DNA of 64,000 nt from an uncultured Rickettsiales bacterium (lineage in GTDB: Bacteria; Pseudomonadota; Alphaproteobacteria; Rickettsiales; SXRF01), in the NCBI GenBank assembly GCA_964535825.1, contig CAZHUC010000004.1, forward strand, positions 6,928 to 70,927, written 5' to 3'. The number at the start of each line of letters is the position of its first letter. The first letter of the stretch is position 1. The position numbers and the translations under genes were made by a program. Below are positions 9,739 through 20,488 of the stretch, piece after piece. Under the pieces are notes generated by a model that was not told the DNA's origin, searched no databases, and worked only from the letters and a program-made list of their open reading frames with translations.

Positions 9739-10488
9739 TCAGGTTTTCTTTTCAAATAACCGGCCACCGAACCAGCCGGCAGATAATGCGATAATGATGG
9801 CACTAATGCCATATAAAAAAGGATACTGGTGCGCCATGTTATATACGAAGGCATCAAGGCCTGTTTTCATGACTCGCACTGGTGTTGACTGCATGCCAAC
9901 AATATCGCCATCGCTTACAAGATATATCTCTGCTGTATAGTCACCTGAAGGGATGTTGTCAGGGAAGGTAATAACTGTCTTGAAGAGCGTTTCGCCCATG
10001 AAGCTAATGGGTTCGACATTGTTGAGGTATAATCTGCGGCTTTTCTGGTATTCAAGGAATGCCTGCGAGAAATTCTGGAACTTTTCCATATTCTGCGGAC
10101 CACTGGGTGGCTTAAGCAGATGGTCTGTGCCAATGCCTAGTTTCTGGAATGCACCATATTCGATGATCTCATCCAGCGGTTTGCTACTGGCCACGGCGTA
10201 ATAATCAGGAACACTGAAGAATTTCATGCGTTCACGGTTGATCCAGATACCCATGAAGGGTTCTTTCTTACGCACGATATAATTTTTATCCGGCCCGCGT
10301 ATGGCAACGACCACATCGCCATTATCGTTGCGCGCGCCGAACAGGAACATGCGTGTGCCGTTAAAGCTGGAGTCCATCTGGATACGGTAATTCGAAAGAT
10401 CAGCCACGATCGGCGTGGCATATGCCAGAGTGATTCCTGCAAAGTATAGTGTGCATGCTATGATGAACGCCCTAATCATCCAGCACAC
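9739..10488 (-). CDS. Secreted, C-terminally anchored membrane protein (alpha-proteobacterial TIGR02186-like family)
   Basis: Signal peptide ...GITLAYA and one C-terminal TM. Overlaps the TauE/SafE gene, the usual partner of this family. The family assignment is from memory. Confidence 0.6.
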   Translation of the reverse strand: MCWMIRAFIIACTLYFAGITLAYATPIVADLSNYRIQMDSSFNGTRMFLFGARNDNGDVVVAIRGPDKNYIVRKKEPFMGIWINRERMKFFSVPDYYAVASSKPLDEIIEYGAFQKLGIGTDHLLKPPSGPQNMEKFQNFSQAFLEYQKSRRLYLNNVEPISFMGETLFKTVITFPDNIPSGDYTAEIYLVSDGDIVGMQSTPVRVMKTGLDAFVYNMAHQYPFLYGISAIIIALSAGWFGGRLFEKKT

Positions 10489-11380
10489 TCACACTAAATA
10501 TGCTGGTTGGTGGGGTAAAGAGATCAAAGGCAAGCCTTGTGGCTAATATAATGACCATGAGAGCCAATAAGCCGCGCAAATACTCGGCAGGAAGTTTTGT
10601 ACCAAGGGAACTGCCGAATTGTGCCCCGAATACAGCACCTGTCAGTAGCAGCATGGCCAGGATGATGTCGACGGTTTGCGTGGTGATGGCTTGCAGCAGT
10701 GTGACGTTCGCAGTGATGAAAATGATCTGGAACAGCGATGTGCCGATAACGATGCTGGTCGGCATGCCGAGCAGGTATATCATCGCCGGAATCAGGAAGA
10801 ATCCGCCACCGATACCCATGAGCGATACCATGACACCGACGAAAAATCCGATCGAAACAGGCATGATGGCACTAATCTCAATCTTTGATTTCGGGAAGGC
10901 AACCTTGAAGGGGAGCTGTTGTGCTAATTTGGCCGTTTCTGTGGTGGTCGATTTTTTCTGAACCTTAAGGATACTGCGGATGCTTTCTCCCGCCATCATC
11001 GCGCCGATAACGCCGAGGAACGTGACGTAAGAGATAGAGATGATAAGGTCGATCTGGCCGATCTCTTTCAGCCAGCGAAACAGGCCAACACCCAGCGTCG
11101 ACCCCACGAATCCGCCAGCCAGCAAGAACCCGCCCATTTTAAAATCCACGTTATCGCGGCGCAGATGGGCAAGAAAACCTGAAAGGGAAGATGCAACGAT
11201 CTGGTTGGCAGCTGATGCTACGGAAACAGTAGGCGGTACACCAATGAACATGAGCAGGGGGGTAATAAGGAATCCGCCACCCACACCGAACAGGCCAGAT
11301 AGTATTCCTGTTACGCCACCCAGGCCAAGGATCAGGAATATATTCACCGACATCTCGGCGATGGGGAGGTAAATATTCAT
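10472..11380 (-). CDS. Sulfite exporter TauE/SafE (DUF81) family permease
   Basis: 302 aa, polytopic, with duplicated GxGGGF(L/F)I(T/I)P motifs. Confidence 0.85.
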   Translation of the reverse strand: MNIYLPIAEMSVNIFLILGLGGVTGILSGLFGVGGGFLITPLLMFIGVPPTVSVASAANQIVASSLSGFLAHLRRDNVDFKMGGFLLAGGFVGSTLGVGLFRWLKEIGQIDLIISISYVTFLGVIGAMMAGESIRSILKVQKKSTTTETAKLAQQLPFKVAFPKSKIEISAIMPVSIGFFVGVMVSLMGIGGGFFLIPAMIYLLGMPTSIVIGTSLFQIIFITANVTLLQAITTQTVDIILAMLLLTGAVFGAQFGSSLGTKLPAEYLRGLLALMVIILATRLAFDLFTPPTSIFSVSVLDD

Positions 11381-11420
11381 ATGTTAGGCCTGTATTCGGT
11401 GTGCAACGGCCGCTCCCGCA

Positions 11421-12041
11421 TTATGGATTATATGAAAAACTGATATAGCCTGACATGAACATGAACATATTCTTTTCCAGTTGGGCGTTTATCAGCGTCA
11501 TCAGCTCAGTGGTCATTTTACGGAGGGCTTCGTCGCGTTCATGGACAGAAGCACTATCATTGATAACGATGGTACGCGATGCTCTGGCATTAACATTGGC
11601 TGCCGACATTGCGCTTCCGGATTCATCATATACGCGTAATTCAACCTCAAGATAGGCCTCATATTTTTTATCCGGCTGTCCGGTGAAGAGCCCACCCATG
11701 CCGCTTTGCTTCGGAATTTCTCTGGCGGTTACCGCACCATTCTTGATGATGACCTCAAGCCGGTTCTCAAGCCCAACGGCACGCAGGCGCTGTTTTACCC
11801 ATATGTCCATGGCTTCGGACGGGGAATAAGGGATGCGGTGCTCAACATAAGGTGGCACCATGGGGGATTTGTATTCCTCGATTACATCGATCCTGGAGAC
11901 GGCCAGATGAATGGGCAGGTACTGTTTGAACGATAGTGGCTGGCGTTCGATGTTAGGTGAAGTGTTCTGGCAGGAGGCCAACAAGAGGCCGGTTATTGCA
12001 AGAAATATTAAAGATGATTTCTTTATTAGTCTGGAAAACAT
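11421..12041 (-). CDS. Putative lipoprotein
   Basis: Starting at the ATG at 12041 gives MFSRLIKKSSLIFLAITGLLLASCQ, with lipobox LASC. No recognised function. Confidence 0.55.
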   Translation of the reverse strand: MFSRLIKKSSLIFLAITGLLLASCQNTSPNIERQPLSFKQYLPIHLAVSRIDVIEEYKSPMVPPYVEHRIPYSPSEAMDIWVKQRLRAVGLENRLEVIIKNGAVTAREIPKQSGMGGLFTGQPDKKYEAYLEVELRVYDESGSAMSAANVNARASRTIVINDSASVHERDEALRKMTTELMTLINAQLEKNMFMFMSGYISFSYNP

Positions 12042-12103
12042 GGAAAACACTCCGAATATTTTTCTTGCATCATAACAAAACGGAACAGATTTCAAAGTAC
12101 GAA

Positions 12104-12730
12104 TCACTTTTTTATTTTAGGCATCGTGATATCTGGCGGTCGAATGTAAAATGGTATCAGTGGCGTTGCGGTATTGCTTTCTGCCGCGAGTGTTGCCAGC
12201 CAGTCAGCACGCGGGAATGCCTTGGTGATGTTCTGTGCATCAACATTGCCGACCCACACAGCGTCTGAACAAGCGCTATGTGACGCCTTTTCAGGTGAGG
12301 CAAGGGCAGCGGTATCCAGTGCCTGCCATGTTGGCCTTGTAGTAAATAGCTGGCGATACCATTCGCCTTTGCCAGCATTCAGTACAGAAAAGATGGAATC
12401 ATGCCGATGTCTGATGCCATGCGCCATGACCTCTAATGTGGTAAAGCCGATACCCGGGATCTTTGCGGCATACGCGATACCCTGCGCAGTTGCCAGCCCG
12501 ATGCGAATGCCGGTAAAACTTCCCGGGCCGGTGGTACAGGCGACCGCATCCAGGTCTTGATAACTTACACCGCTTGCGCCCAGTACTTCCTCTATCATGG
12601 GTAGCATACGCGCCGATTGTACCACAGGGCGCAGATCCTCGACATAGCCAGCAACAGCGCCATCTTTCCATATGCTCGCACTGCATGGGCCGGTGGCACA
12701 ATCAAGTGCTAAGATTGTTTTATATTGCAT
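12104..12730 (-). CDS. tsaB: tRNA t6A37 biosynthesis protein TsaB
   Basis: Starting at the ATG at 12730: TILALDCATGPCSASI...TGPGSFTGIRIGLATAQG, typical of TsaB/YeaZ. Confidence 0.8.
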   Translation of the reverse strand: MQYKTILALDCATGPCSASIWKDGAVAGYVEDLRPVVQSARMLPMIEEVLGASGVSYQDLDAVACTTGPGSFTGIRIGLATAQGIAYAAKIPGIGFTTLEVMAHGIRHRHDSIFSVLNAGKGEWYRQLFTTRPTWQALDTAALASPEKASHSACSDAVWVGNVDAQNITKAFPRADWLATLAAESNTATPLIPFYIRPPDITMPKIKK

Positions 12731-12781
12731 TGTTTGACGAAGCTCGGATAAACATATAATAATACGGCACTTACATAAACT

Positions 12782-13123
12782 ATGATGGTCACTGATACAA
12801 TGCTTAGTCAGAAAAAATGCGCGCCTTGCACCCCAGGTACTGAGCCTATCCATCCCGATACGGCAAAATCCCTGCTCATCGAAATCCCCGGCTGGGAGCT
12901 TGCTATTGAAGGCAGGGCAATACGTCGTCGTTTCCCTTTCAAGGATTTTATGTCAGCCCTTGCATTCATTCAGAAGATCGCACCGATCGCCGAAGAAGAA
13001 GGTCATCATCCTGATCTGATGCTGGGTTGGGGCTATGTAGAATGTGTGTTCTGGACGCACAGTATCACCGGCCTGCACCAGAACGACTTCATAATGGCTA
13101 GTAAAATCAACGAGTTAGCCTAG
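12782..13123 (+). CDS. phhB: Pterin-4-alpha-carbinolamine dehydratase
   Basis: 113 aa with EEEGHHPDL...W..V...FWTHS..GL..ND, the PCD signature. Confidence 0.85.
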   Translation: MMVTDTMLSQKKCAPCTPGTEPIHPDTAKSLLIEIPGWELAIEGRAIRRRFPFKDFMSALAFIQKIAPIAEEEGHHPDLMLGWGYVECVFWTHSITGLHQNDFIMASKINELA

Positions 13124-13200
13124 TAATGCTGAAGTTATTGAAACTTTCTGCTATAATAGCCTAGTATGCCGCCACTAACTATTGGTTATACGGTGATTTC

Positions 13201-14562
13201 TTGAGTAAAAAACTCTACATCAAAACGTATGGTTGCCAGATGAATGTGTATGACTCCGTCCGCATGGGCGATGTCATGGCACCGCTGGGCTATTCGCTTG
13301 CCGATTCGCAGGATGGTGCTGATCTTGTGATACTCAATACCTGCCACATCCGCGAGAAGGCCGAGGAAAAAGTATATTCCGATCTGGGCCGCATTCGCAG
13401 TGAGAAAGAAAAAAAGAAAGCCAAAGGCGAGCAGATGCTCATTGCTGTCGGTGGTTGCGTGGGACAAGCAGAAGGCGACGAGATCATCAAACGCGCGCCA
13501 TTCGTAGATATGGTGCTTGGGCCGCAAAGCTATCACCAGCTACCGGAGATGGTCACACGCGCCATTCGCGGGCAGGGCGGAATCGTTGAGTTGGATTTTC
13601 CTGAAGTGCAGAAGTTCGATCTGTTGCCAGAAGCCATGAACCCTCGTGGGGTATCGGCATTCCTTTCTGTGCAGGAAGGTTGCGATAAATTCTGCAGCTT
13701 CTGTGTTGTGCCTTATACGCGTGGTGCTGAATATTCCCGCCCGGTGGCCGCGATACTGGATGAAGCCAAACGCATGGTCGATGGCGGCACGGTCGAGATC
13801 ACACTGCTTGGCCAGAACGTGAACGCTTACCATGGTGATAATGAGAATGGCAGTACATCATCTCTCGCGGAGCTCATTGACAGGATCGCGCAGATAGGTG
13901 GTGTTGAACGCATCCGCTACACTACTTCACATCCAAGGGATATGAGCGATGATTTGATCGCCATTCATGGCAGCGAACCAAAACTCATGCCATACCTGCA
14001 CCTGCCGATCCAATCCGGTTCGAACTCTGTGCTTAAGCGCATGAATCGCAAACATGAGGCATCCCTTTATATTGATATTATCCATCGCCTGCGTGAGGTG
14101 CGTCCTGATATTGCATTATCAGGCGACTTTATCGTCGGCTTCCCTGGCGAGACCGATAGGGAATTTGAAGAAACGTTGAATCTGGTAAAAACCGTGGGCT
14201 ATGCTTCCAGCTATTCCTTTAAATATAGCGCGCGTCCCGGCACACCAGCGGCAAGCGATGATGCGCAGGTTGATGAATCGGTAAAAGAAGAGCGCTTAGC
14301 GCGCCTGCAAGCTGTGCTGCTTGGCCAGCACCAGCAGTTCAATGATGCCTGCGTAGGTAAAACAATGCCGGTACTGCTCGACCGTGAAGGTAAACAGGAA
14401 GGACAGCTCATTGGTAAAAGCCCATATATGCAGTCAATATATCTGCACGCGCCGGAAAATCTGCGTGGTCAGGTGGTCGATGCGGTTATCACTGGTGCAA
14501 CCGGTGTTAGCCTCAAAGGTGAATTAGTAGAACGTTCAATCCCTCTCAGAAAGGTCAGCTAG
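13201..14562 (+). CDS. miaB: tRNA-i6A37 methylthiotransferase
   Basis: 453 aa with a TTG start. LYIKTYGCQMN (UPF0004 domain), radical SAM CDKFCSFC and a C-terminal TRAM domain. Confidence 0.93.
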   Translation: MSKKLYIKTYGCQMNVYDSVRMGDVMAPLGYSLADSQDGADLVILNTCHIREKAEEKVYSDLGRIRSEKEKKKAKGEQMLIAVGGCVGQAEGDEIIKRAPFVDMVLGPQSYHQLPEMVTRAIRGQGGIVELDFPEVQKFDLLPEAMNPRGVSAFLSVQEGCDKFCSFCVVPYTRGAEYSRPVAAILDEAKRMVDGGTVEITLLGQNVNAYHGDNENGSTSSLAELIDRIAQIGGVERIRYTTSHPRDMSDDLIAIHGSEPKLMPYLHLPIQSGSNSVLKRMNRKHEASLYIDIIHRLREVRPDIALSGDFIVGFPGETDREFEETLNLVKTVGYASSYSFKYSARPGTPAASDDAQVDESVKEERLARLQAVLLGQHQQFNDACVGKTMPVLLDREGKQEGQLIGKSPYMQSIYLHAPENLRGQVVDAVITGATGVSLKGELVERSIPLRKVS

Positions 14563-15590
14563 TGAAGGAAAAGATCAGCAAGAACGGTAAAAATGGTGCG
14601 CATGAGAATGCCAATATTAACATCGTTTTTGAGGATAACGCGCTGCTCCCCATGTTATATGGAGACGATGACGCCCATCTGGCAAGGCTTGAGAAACATT
14701 TTGGTATTCAGGTATCCTCTCGCGGCAACGTGCTGGCACTGACAGGCGAAAAGGAACAGGTGGAATTCAGTCGCCGTGTGCTTGAATCACTGTATTCCGA
14801 TCTGCGCAAAGGTGCTGAAATTGGCCTTCAGCAAGTGGATGCAGCCATTCGTATGAACAGCCCGCAAGATCACAGCGAGACCAAAAGTCTTTTTGGCATG
14901 AGCGACATCGTCATCAAGACCATGAAAAAAACGGTGAAGCCATATTCACCTACGCAGTCGAAATACATCCAGATGCTGGGCAACAACGACCTCGTATTCG
15001 CGCAAGGTCCTGCCGGTACAGGTAAGACCTATATTGCGGTTGCCATGGCGGTTTCCCAGTTCACCAGCGGTAAGGTTGAAAAGATCATTCTTTCACGGCC
15101 TGCCGTGGAAGCAGGTGAGAAGCTCGGCTTCCTGCCCGGTGACCTTAAAGAAAAGATCGACCCCTACCTGCGTCCGCTTTACGATGCACTCTATGATATG
15201 ATTCCCGGCGAAAAACTCATTCGTCATATGGAGAACGGCGAGATCGAAGTAGCGCCACTGGCGTTCATGCGTGGTCGCACATTCTCCAACTCTTTCGTTA
15301 TTCTTGATGAAGCGCAGAACACAACCGCCACCCAGATGAAGATGTTCCTCACCCGTATGGGGCAGGGGTCGCGCATGGTGGTGACCGGTGACCTGTCGCA
15401 GACTGATTTGCCAAAAGACGTTAAATCCGGCCTGGGCGATGCCATTCGCAAACTCGAAGGTATCGAAGGTATCGGCTCAGTACGCTTTGCGGATTCCGAT
15501 GTGGTGCGCCATGCGTTGGCGGCGCGTATCATTCAGGCCTATGATGAATGGGATAAAAAGCGCCGTTCACCCAACAACAATAACCAGTAA
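14562..15590 (+). CDS. ybeZ: PhoH family ATPase
   Basis: 342 aa with GPAGTGKTY Walker A and FVILDEAQN. The GTG start overlaps the miaB stop by 1 nt. Confidence 0.9.
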   Translation: MKEKISKNGKNGAHENANINIVFEDNALLPMLYGDDDAHLARLEKHFGIQVSSRGNVLALTGEKEQVEFSRRVLESLYSDLRKGAEIGLQQVDAAIRMNSPQDHSETKSLFGMSDIVIKTMKKTVKPYSPTQSKYIQMLGNNDLVFAQGPAGTGKTYIAVAMAVSQFTSGKVEKIILSRPAVEAGEKLGFLPGDLKEKIDPYLRPLYDALYDMIPGEKLIRHMENGEIEVAPLAFMRGRTFSNSFVILDEAQNTTATQMKMFLTRMGQGSRMVVTGDLSQTDLPKDVKSGLGDAIRKLEGIEGIGSVRFADSDVVRHALAARIIQAYDEWDKKRRSPNNNNQ

Positions 15591-16033
15591 TGGCTGTTAG
15601 CATTATTATTGATGTGCGAGATGCACGGTGGAAGAGTTCACTGCGTACTTATCGCAAGACTGTGACGGATGCATGCCATGCTGCACTTGCAGCAAGTAAA
15701 GTAAAAAAAGGCGAATTAGCAGTGGTTCTGGCTGATGATGGCTTTGTGCAGCAATTGAATGCCCAGTTCCGCGGTAAGAACAAGCCCACTAATGTCCTTT
15801 CATTTGAAGGAGAGGGCGAGGCTTTGGGAGATATTGTGCTAGCATTCCAAACCATAAAGCAAGAGGCCGATGCGCAGGATAAAAGCTTCAAGAATCATAC
15901 ATTACACCTTGTGGTGCATGGGGTGCTGCACCTGATGGGGCATGACCATATGAAGCAGAATGAGGCAGAGGCCATGGAGGCGCTGGAAATAAAAGTGCTT
16001 AAAAAACTTGGGGTTGCAAATCCATACTTGTAG
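15590..16033 (+). CDS. ybeY: rRNA maturation endoribonuclease YbeY
   Basis: 147 aa with the HGVLHLMGHDH zinc motif. Confidence 0.9.
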   Translation: MAVSIIIDVRDARWKSSLRTYRKTVTDACHAALAASKVKKGELAVVLADDGFVQQLNAQFRGKNKPTNVLSFEGEGEALGDIVLAFQTIKQEADAQDKSFKNHTLHLVVHGVLHLMGHDHMKQNEAEAMEALEIKVLKKLGVANPYL

Positions 16034-16068
16034 AGATGCTCAGATTTTGCTAGAAAATTCCTGATAAT

Positions 16069-17016
16069 ATGAAACCTGCAACGCGCATTGATTTATCCGA
16101 GAACGCGGATGAGTCGTCATCCGGAAAAAAGACATCATCAGCTGATGCGATCAGCTTAGAGGCATCACCGCGTTTGCCGGTTGGGCAGTCGTTGCGTATG
16201 TGGCTGCGCCGTGCACTTGGCAGCCGGTCTGACGGATCGTTAAAAGAAGCGCTCGAAGAGGTCATTGAAGAGCACGAAGGTCAGGGCGAGGAAAGACTTC
16301 CGCCGGAAGAAAAAGTTATCCTGCACAACGTGCTTTCATTCGCCGATATCAAGGTGAGTGACATTATGATACCGCGCACGGATATTTCTGCCGTGCCTTA
16401 TGATATTACTCTGGATGCTCTCAAATCACATATCATTGAACAACGTCATACGCGTATTCCAGTATATCAGGGTACGCTGGATAAGATGCAGGGCTTCCTG
16501 CATGTGAAGGATCTGCTGCCGATGCTTTCGGGCGATGTGGCATTTGATATTCGCGCGGTGATGCGCTCATTGCTGTTCGTGCCGCCCTCCATGCGTATCA
16601 TGGACCTGCTGGTGCGTATGCGTCATGCTGGCAGCCATATGGCAATCGTGGTGGATGAATATGGTGGTAGCGATGGATTGGTCACCATGGAAGACGTGTT
16701 CGAAGAGATCGTAGGCGATATTCAGGATGAGCACGACGAAGACGAGCAGCTGGCTGATGAGATCTTCCGCATCAATGATAAAACTTTTGATGTAAATGCA
16801 CGCATACGCGTGGAAAAACTTGAACAGGATCTTGGGCTGAATCTGATCGCCGAAGAAAAGAAAGACGATTTTGATACCCTCGGGGGGCTTATTTTCTTCC
16901 AGCTTGGCCGCGTACCGGTCAAGGGCGAGATGATACCGCATGTTTCCGGCATCCGTTTTGAAATTACTGAAGCTGATATGCGCCGCATTCGCCGCGTGCG
17001 TATCCACACTTCCTGA
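16069..17016 (+). CDS. tlyC: CBS-domain hemolysin C / CorC family protein
   Basis: 315 aa with tandem CBS domains (IMIPRTDI..., HMAIVVDEYGG) and a CorC_HlyC C-terminal domain. Confidence 0.85.
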   Translation: MKPATRIDLSENADESSSGKKTSSADAISLEASPRLPVGQSLRMWLRRALGSRSDGSLKEALEEVIEEHEGQGEERLPPEEKVILHNVLSFADIKVSDIMIPRTDISAVPYDITLDALKSHIIEQRHTRIPVYQGTLDKMQGFLHVKDLLPMLSGDVAFDIRAVMRSLLFVPPSMRIMDLLVRMRHAGSHMAIVVDEYGGSDGLVTMEDVFEEIVGDIQDEHDEDEQLADEIFRINDKTFDVNARIRVEKLEQDLGLNLIAEEKKDDFDTLGGLIFFQLGRVPVKGEMIPHVSGIRFEITEADMRRIRRVRIHTS

Positions 17017-18566
17017 TGCATCTGATTAAAGTGATAGCAACGCTTGCCGGCTGGCGGCGCAATGCATTTGCGTTCTGTTGTGGGGTAATGGCGACACTGG
17101 CCTTGCCACCCTTCTTTCTCGTGCCGTTTATCATTCCTGCATTCTGTGGTCTTTTTCTATTGTTGCAGAATGCACCCACGCGTAAGCGAATGTTCTTTGA
17201 CGGCTGGTGGTGGGGCTGGGGATATTATATCACTGGCCTGTACTGGTTCTGCATCGCACTACTTACCGATGCAGAAAAGTTCGCATGGCTTATTCCCTTC
17301 GCCTTATTTGGCCTCACGGCAGTGATCGCCTTATATAATGGCGTTATCGCTTTGGTATTTTCCTACATGCGTGTGCGCGGCATTGGCCAGTTGCTGGGAT
17401 TTTCTGTTGCATGGATCGTGGTTGAATATGCCAGAGGGCATTTATTCACGGGATTCCCATGGAATCTTGCTGGTTATGTATTCACTGTATCTGATGTATC
17501 GATCCAGCTTGCATCGGTGCTCGGCGCATATGGCCTGACATGGATAGCGGTGCTTGTCGCTGTTGCTCCATGTGCATTTGCCATACAGGGCATCGATAGG
17601 AAAGCCGCTGTTCGATTTGTTTTATCTATCTACCTTATCGTGTGTGTTGGACTGGCATGGGGCGCATGGCGCTTGAATCAGGCAGGTGAGACACAGTTTG
17701 TAGAAGGAATAAAACTTCGACTCGTTCAGGCAAATATAGAGCAGCACCATAAATGGGATCCTGCACTTCAAATGCAGGGCATGAAGGCGCATGGTATACT
17801 CACACAATCAGTGGGCATTGAATCGGTAACGCATGTGATATGGCCTGAAACGGCAGTGCCCTATGTTGTGCGCGCGGATAGCGGACTGACGCAGATGCTT
17901 GGATCTGTTCTGCCGCCGGGAGTCACTCTCATTACGGGTTCACTGCGTGCTGAGGGCGTTGGCCAGGATGCGAATGTATGGAACAGTGTGGTCGCTATCG
18001 GTTCATCCGGTGAAATCATCGGAAGCTACGACAAGCATAAATTAGTACCATTCGGTGAATTCCTGCCGTTCAGATCTCTCATTCCCCCACAATGGGCAAC
18101 ACCGGTAGGCAGTAAAGATTTCTCTGAAGGACCGGGTGCACAGACGCTTGACTGGGGTGGGCTTGAGGCGGTTAGCCCACTGATATGTTATGAGGCAATT
18201 TTCCCGGAACTGGTTGTAGATGATACAAAGAGACCTTCGTTGCTCCTGAATCTTACCAATGATGCCTGGTTTGGCACAAGTTCTGGGCCGCACCAGCATT
18301 TCCAGATGAGCCGTATGCGAGCTACAGAGCGTGGCATTCCTCTGGTGCGCGTTGCAAATACAGGGATTTCTGCGGTGGTCGACGGGTATGGCAGAGTAAC
18401 ATCGAAGCTGGATCTGGGTGTTAGTGGGATACTCGACTCAGGATTGCCGGTTGTAGCCTATGCTGTCCCACTTTATGCCATGTATGAAGAGGTGATATTG
18501 TGGGTGTTGTTAACTATTTCGCTGATTTATATGTTTATTTCACATCGACATAAGCATATTCACTAA
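17016..18566 (+). CDS. lnt: Apolipoprotein N-acyltransferase
   Basis: 516 aa. Polytopic N-terminal half and a nitrilase-like C-terminal half (VSPLICYEAIFPE, NLTNDAWFG). Confidence 0.88.
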   Translation: MHLIKVIATLAGWRRNAFAFCCGVMATLALPPFFLVPFIIPAFCGLFLLLQNAPTRKRMFFDGWWWGWGYYITGLYWFCIALLTDAEKFAWLIPFALFGLTAVIALYNGVIALVFSYMRVRGIGQLLGFSVAWIVVEYARGHLFTGFPWNLAGYVFTVSDVSIQLASVLGAYGLTWIAVLVAVAPCAFAIQGIDRKAAVRFVLSIYLIVCVGLAWGAWRLNQAGETQFVEGIKLRLVQANIEQHHKWDPALQMQGMKAHGILTQSVGIESVTHVIWPETAVPYVVRADSGLTQMLGSVLPPGVTLITGSLRAEGVGQDANVWNSVVAIGSSGEIIGSYDKHKLVPFGEFLPFRSLIPPQWATPVGSKDFSEGPGAQTLDWGGLEAVSPLICYEAIFPELVVDDTKRPSLLLNLTNDAWFGTSSGPHQHFQMSRMRATERGIPLVRVANTGISAVVDGYGRVTSKLDLGVSGILDSGLPVVAYAVPLYAMYEEVILWVLLTISLIYMFISHRHKHIH

Positions 18567-18667
18567 ATAAAAAACTTACGGCATTAACATTTCGCTTGCA
18601 AGTTGTGGCGATGTCAATAGTATCGCGCTTTGTTAACTTTTATAATATGCGAGTACATAGTAAACAT

Positions 18668-19108
18668 ATGAATGCCAAGAAAAATACTACTTCCAAGCCT
18701 ATGTTATCTAAGAAAGATGTTGATGTGCATATTGGGCAGCGCCTCCGCCAGCGCCGTACCATGATGGGATTAAGCCAGGAATCTGTTGCTCGCGCCGTTG
18801 GGATCACATTCCAGCAGGTACAAAAATACGAAAAAGGCAGCAATGCCATGAATGCTGGCAGGCTTTATGAATTCGCAAGTTTCATGAATGTGCCTGTTGC
18901 TTATTTCTTTGATGGTCTTGATCAATCGTCAGCATCACCGACAGGTTTTTCTGAAGCCATGGCCGATACATTTGATCACAAGCCTGTGTCAGACAGGGAA
19001 TCACTCGAGATGATGAAAGCGTTCAAGCGGATCAAAGAACAAGTTATCCGTAAGCGTTTGTCTGACCTTGTACGGGCTGTGGCTGATAATAAGGCCATCC
19101 TCGATTAG
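18668..19108 (+). CDS. XRE-family helix-turn-helix transcriptional regulator
   Basis: IGQRLRQRRTMMGLSQESVARAVGITFQQVQKYEKGSN is a Cro/C1-type HTH. Conserved position between lnt and metK. The start is uncertain (18596, 18647 or 18668). Confidence 0.75.
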   Translation: MNAKKNTTSKPMLSKKDVDVHIGQRLRQRRTMMGLSQESVARAVGITFQQVQKYEKGSNAMNAGRLYEFASFMNVPVAYFFDGLDQSSASPTGFSEAMADTFDHKPVSDRESLEMMKAFKRIKEQVIRKRLSDLVRAVADNKAILD

Positions 19109-19271
19109 TTAGCAAATACTTGACTTGGCCTGTATTTTATATAGGCTGGGCGCAATTTTCAGGTGGGGATTTGGTTTGCTTGCCGCCACGATAAAAACAG
19201 GTCTAAGCATTCTGGATGATTATCTGGACATGCATGCCGTATCCCTGAAATTTTTATGAAAGGGTTTTACC

Positions 19272-20480
19272 GTGTCTAGTCGTTTCTCAAATCGTAGCAG
19301 TTATGTATTTACCAGTGAGTCCGTAGCCGAAGGACATCCGGATAAGGTCTGCGACCAGATCTCCGATGCCGTTGTAGACGCCATGCTGGAAGAAAATCCG
19401 GAAGCGCGTGTGGCTGCCGAATGCTTGGCTACCACCAACACCATCGTGATCGCAGGCGAAACCCGCGGTGCAGAGAACATCACCAAAGCCCAGATCGAAA
19501 AGATCGCCCGTGATAAAGTGCGCGAGATCGGCTACCTGCAGGAAGGATTCCACGCAGATAATATGGATGTGTATGTGCATCTCCATAGCCAGTCTTCCGA
19601 TATCGCCATGGGTGTGGATGCCGGCGAGAATAAAGATGAAGGCGCAGGTGACCAGGGTATCATGTTCGGCTTTGCCTGCAACGAAACGGAGCAGTTCATG
19701 CCAGCACCTATCCAGCTGGCGAACCGCATCCTGCTTGGTCTTTCCCGCGCGCGCCATACCGGTGAAGCAAAAGGCTTAGGGCCGGATGCAAAAAGCCAGA
19801 TCTCGCTGCTGTATGAGAATGGCAAGCCAGTGAAGGCCACCTCTATCGTAGTGTCTACCCAGCATGATAAGGATGTGAACCAGAAACAGATCCGTGAGAT
19901 CGTGCGTAATTATGTGATGCAGGCGCTGCCGAACAAGAACTGGATGTGCGATGAATCGGAGTTCTATGTGAATCCAACCGGTCAGTTCATCATCGGTGGG
20001 CCTGATGGCGACTGCGGCCTTACCGGTCGTAAGATCATTGTGGATACTTACGGCGGTGCTGCTCCGCATGGTGGTGGCGCATTCTCTGGTAAAGACCCCA
20101 CGAAGGTAGATCGCTCTGCTGCGTATATGGCTCGTTATCTTGCCAAGAACGTGGTTGCAGCTGATCTTGCCGAACGTTGCACCATTCAGCTCTCATACGC
20201 CATTGGGGTATCCAAGCCGCTATCATTCTATGTAAGCACCGATGGCACAAGCCAGGTGGATGAAGCGAAGCTGGAGCAACATCTGCAACAGATGGTAGAT
20301 CTGAGCCCGCGTGGTATCCGCAAGCACCTGCAGCTTAATCGTCCGATCTATGCACGCACAGCTGCCTATGGTCATTTTGGTCGCGAGCCAGATAAGACCG
20401 GTGGTTTTACCTGGGAAAAACTTGATCTGGTGGATGCACTGCGTAGCGAATTTGGTGCACAGAAAAAGAAGGCGCTTTAA
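19272..20480 (+). CDS. metK: S-adenosylmethionine synthase
   Basis: 402 aa with a GTG start. [30 protein letters not shown] and [16 protein letters not shown]. Confidence 0.95.
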   Translation: MSSRFSNRSSYVFTSESVAEGHPDKVCDQISDAVVDAMLEENPEARVAAECLATTNTIVIAGETRGAENITKAQIEKIARDKVREIGYLQEGFHADNMDVYVHLHSQSSDIAMGVDAGENKDEGAGDQGIMFGFACNETEQFMPAPIQLANRILLGLSRARHTGEAKGLGPDAKSQISLLYENGKPVKATSIVVSTQHDKDVNQKQIREIVRNYVMQALPNKNWMCDESEFYVNPTGQFIIGGPDGDCGLTGRKIIVDTYGGAAPHGGGAFSGKDPTKVDRSAAYMARYLAKNVVAADLAERCTIQLSYAIGVSKPLSFYVSTDGTSQVDEAKLEQHLQQMVDLSPRGIRKHLQLNRPIYARTAAYGHFGREPDKTGGFTWEKLDLVDALRSEFGAQKKKAL

Positions 20481-20488
20481 TCAGCCCC

